Made by a program: the position numbers and the translations under genes. This document shows positions 32,693 through 34,441 of a stretch of DNA of 34,441 nucleotides, piece after piece (position 1 is the first letter of the stretch; each line of letters begins with the position of its first letter). The notes under the pieces are model-generated. The model ran no database searches and was not told the origin of the DNA. It worked only from the letters and a program-made list of their open reading frames with translations. Source of the DNA: Phycisphaerae bacterium (GTDB taxonomy: Bacteria; Planctomycetota; Phycisphaerae; Sedimentisphaerales; Anaerobacaceae). The stretch lies in NCBI GenBank assembly GCA_030609625.1, contig JAUWBX010000001.1, forward strand, positions 1 through 34,441, read 5' to 3'.

Positions 32693-33811
32693 TTATCTTT
32701 TTCTTTTTGTTTTTACCAGTTCGGGAGGCTGAACAATTTCAACCGAATTGTCCCTATGCACAAGCGTCTTTTCCATCTTTGCGGGGTTGCTTGAGCGCAT
32801 AACAGCCTCGTCTCTGTCGATGTAACCCTTGGAATACATCTCGGCAATGCTGTAATCCAGATTTTGCATACCCAGCCTTCGGGAAGTTTCAATAATATTC
32901 GGTATCTCGTAGATTCTGTTCTCACGAATACAGTTCCGCACAGCAGAGGTACACAGCAGTATTTCCGCACAGGGCACCATCCCTGGCTCATCTACCCGTC
33001 TAAATAATGTCTGCGAGATAACAGCCTGGAGTGTATTAGCTAACATTGTTCGAATCTGGCTCTGCTGAGCCGCGGGATAAACATCTATAATACGTTCAAT
33101 AGTTTGCGCAGAATTAATCGTGTGCAGTGTACTGAAGACAAGATGTCCTGTTTCGGCGGCGGTCATTGTGAAACTGATGGTTTCCAGGTCTCTCATCTCG
33201 CCGACCATAATGATATCGGGGTCCTGTCGTAAAACATGTTTCAGACCTGAGGCAAATTGCGGACAGTCGGAACCGATTTCTCGTTGTTCGATCATACTCT
33301 CCTGGTTCTCTATGGCGTATTCTATAGGGTCTTCCAGGGTCATTATGCGTTTTCTGTACTTTGTATTTATCAATCCTATTAATGCTGCAAGTGTCGTACT
33401 TTTACCAGAGCCGGTATGGCCCGTTACAAGCACCAAACCTCTGGGCAGGTCTGTCAGCTCTTTAACTATCGGCGGCAGATCCAAATCGTCTATCAAAGGT
33501 ATCTGATTCGGAATGACTCTGAAGGAAATTGCCATTGTTTCCCGCTGATAATGAGCATTAACACGGAACCGATGGCCATCCTCCAGGCTTGTTGAGAAAT
33601 CAAGGTCTCTCTTTTGTTTGAATTCTTCGAGCCTGTCCGGCTCTATCATCGAATTAAGCATTTCTTCCACGTCTTTATCGCTGACGGCAGGGAAATCCAT
33701 ATCTATCAACTCGGTATTCCTTCGCAATATCGGCGGTATGCCAACGTTGATATGCACGTCACTTGCGTGGTTCTCTATGGCCGTAGATAATATAGTTTTT
33801 ATATTTGCCAT
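32693..33811 (-). CDS. pilT: type IV pilus retraction ATPase PilT
   Basis: Walker A GHTGSGKSTT, LRQDPDIIMVGEMRD, TGHLVFSTLHT, and a PilT-type N-terminus (ASDVHINVGIPPILR). Confidence 0.9.
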   Translation of the reverse strand: MANIKTILSTAIENHASDVHINVGIPPILRRNTELIDMDFPAVSDKDVEEMLNSMIEPDRLEEFKQKRDLDFSTSLEDGHRFRVNAHYQRETMAISFRVIPNQIPLIDDLDLPPIVKELTDLPRGLVLVTGHTGSGKSTTLAALIGLINTKYRKRIMTLEDPIEYAIENQESMIEQREIGSDCPQFASGLKHVLRQDPDIIMVGEMRDLETISFTMTAAETGHLVFSTLHTINSAQTIERIIDVYPAAQQSQIRTMLANTLQAVISQTLFRRVDEPGMVPCAEILLCTSAVRNCIRENRIYEIPNIIETSRRLGMQNLDYSIAEMYSKGYIDRDEAVMRSSNPAKMEKTLVHRDNSVEIVQPPELVKTKRKR

Positions 33812-33855
33812 ATCACAGTTCCTTGTTAAATAACTCGCATCACACTTCAGGTTTT

Positions 33856-34441
33856 TTACTCGACATTTTCAACAAAAACTTCATTTTCATTTTTGCCATA
33901 CACTTCAGTTACGCGCAGCACCTCTTCTATTGTTGTCAGGCCCTGCTTTACTTTTACAAGTCCATCGTCAAACAAACTCCGCCGTCCGCTTTCACGAAAC
34001 ATCCGGCGCATATTATTAATCGATGAGTCGCTGTTAATCATATCCCTGAACTTCTCATCAATGACCAACAGCTCGTAAATACCAATACGCCCTACGTACC
34101 CGGAGCCTCTGCAATGGTCACAGCCGCCACCGTGATAAAACTGTTTGGCCTTGATGCCTGCGGCTTTTATATATTCACGTATCCTTTCCGGGACCCGATA
34201 CGTCTTTTTGCACTTCGGACAAATCTTCCTGACCAATCGCTGAGCAAGGACGGCATTCAATGACGCTGCAATCAAGTATGCATCAATCCCGATATTCACC
34301 AGCCTGGTAATACTGCTGGCTGCATCATTCGTGTGCAGTGTCGAAAGAACTAAATGACCCGTCAAAGCCGCCTGGACCGCTATACGGGCCGTCTCATTAT
34401 CACGAATCTCACCAATCATTATCACATCAGGGTCCTGACGA
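33856..34441 (-). CDS. pilB: GspE/PilB-family assembly ATPase, C-terminal part (5' end lies outside the window)
   Basis: [27 protein letters not shown] and the tetracysteine zinc motif CPKC...CDHC. The reading frame is open to the window edge. Confidence 0.9.
   Translation of the reverse strand, partial: RQDPDVIMIGEIRDNETARIAVQAALTGHLVLSTLHTNDAASSITRLVNIGIDAYLIAASLNAVLAQRLVRKICPKCKKTYRVPERIREYIKAAGIKAKQFYHGGGCDHCRGSGYVGRIGIYELLVIDEKFRDMINSDSSINNMRRMFRESGRRSLFDDGLVKVKQGLTTIEEVLRVTEVYGKNENEVFVENVE

Overview
The window has three parts. The gene content (glycyl-radical enzyme, many prepilin-type genes, short oligonucleotide 'word' repeats in spacers) suggests an anaerobic PVC-type bacterium such as Planctomycetota/Phycisphaerae, but this is a low-confidence inference.

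(1) 1-10.7 kb, apparent core.
- Minus strand: a sodium:solute symporter interrupted by an in-frame TAG, an ACE-like M2 zinc-peptidase lipoprotein, and a PFL2-type glycyl radical enzyme with its radical-SAM activase.
- Plus strand: a two-partner secretion pair. TpsB is a ShlB/FhaC-type transporter. TpsA is 890 aa, with an acidic D/G linker and an unrecognised C-terminal domain.

(2) 10.8-29.9 kb, a ~19 kb genomic island in tRNA-Val.
- The 3' 47 nt of the intact tRNA (29899..29945) is repeated exactly at 10777..10823.
- A tyrosine-integrase C-terminal stub lies next to the intact tRNA. An orphaned hairpin plus T-run terminator lies next to the tRNA fragment.
- Cargo: a DUF488 gene with an in-frame TGA, and a Wzx/Wzy-type polysaccharide locus (Wzz, flippase, FrhB-like FeS protein plus pyruvyl transferase, two GT2, one GT4, Wzy/O-antigen-ligase-like protein, methyltransferase, initiating phosphoglycosyltransferase, GT39).
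- Further cargo: an MNT-HEPN toxin-antitoxin pair, a 9 x 21-nt tandem array of dyad-symmetric units, and a strikingly GC-rich two-gene insert (FN3 protein plus LamG protein) of unknown function.

(3) 29.9-34.4 kb, core. tRNA-Val and a type IV pilus-like operon on the minus strand: partial pilB/gspE, pilT, pilC/gspF and two prepilin-type genes.

Most worth following up: the tRNA-bounded island, the GC-rich FN3/LamG pair with its adjacent 21-nt array, the TpsA C-terminal domain, the glycyl radical enzyme whose Cys loop lacks the eliminase Glu, and three single-codon lesions in otherwise conserved genes. No CRISPR array, rRNA or intact transposase was seen.
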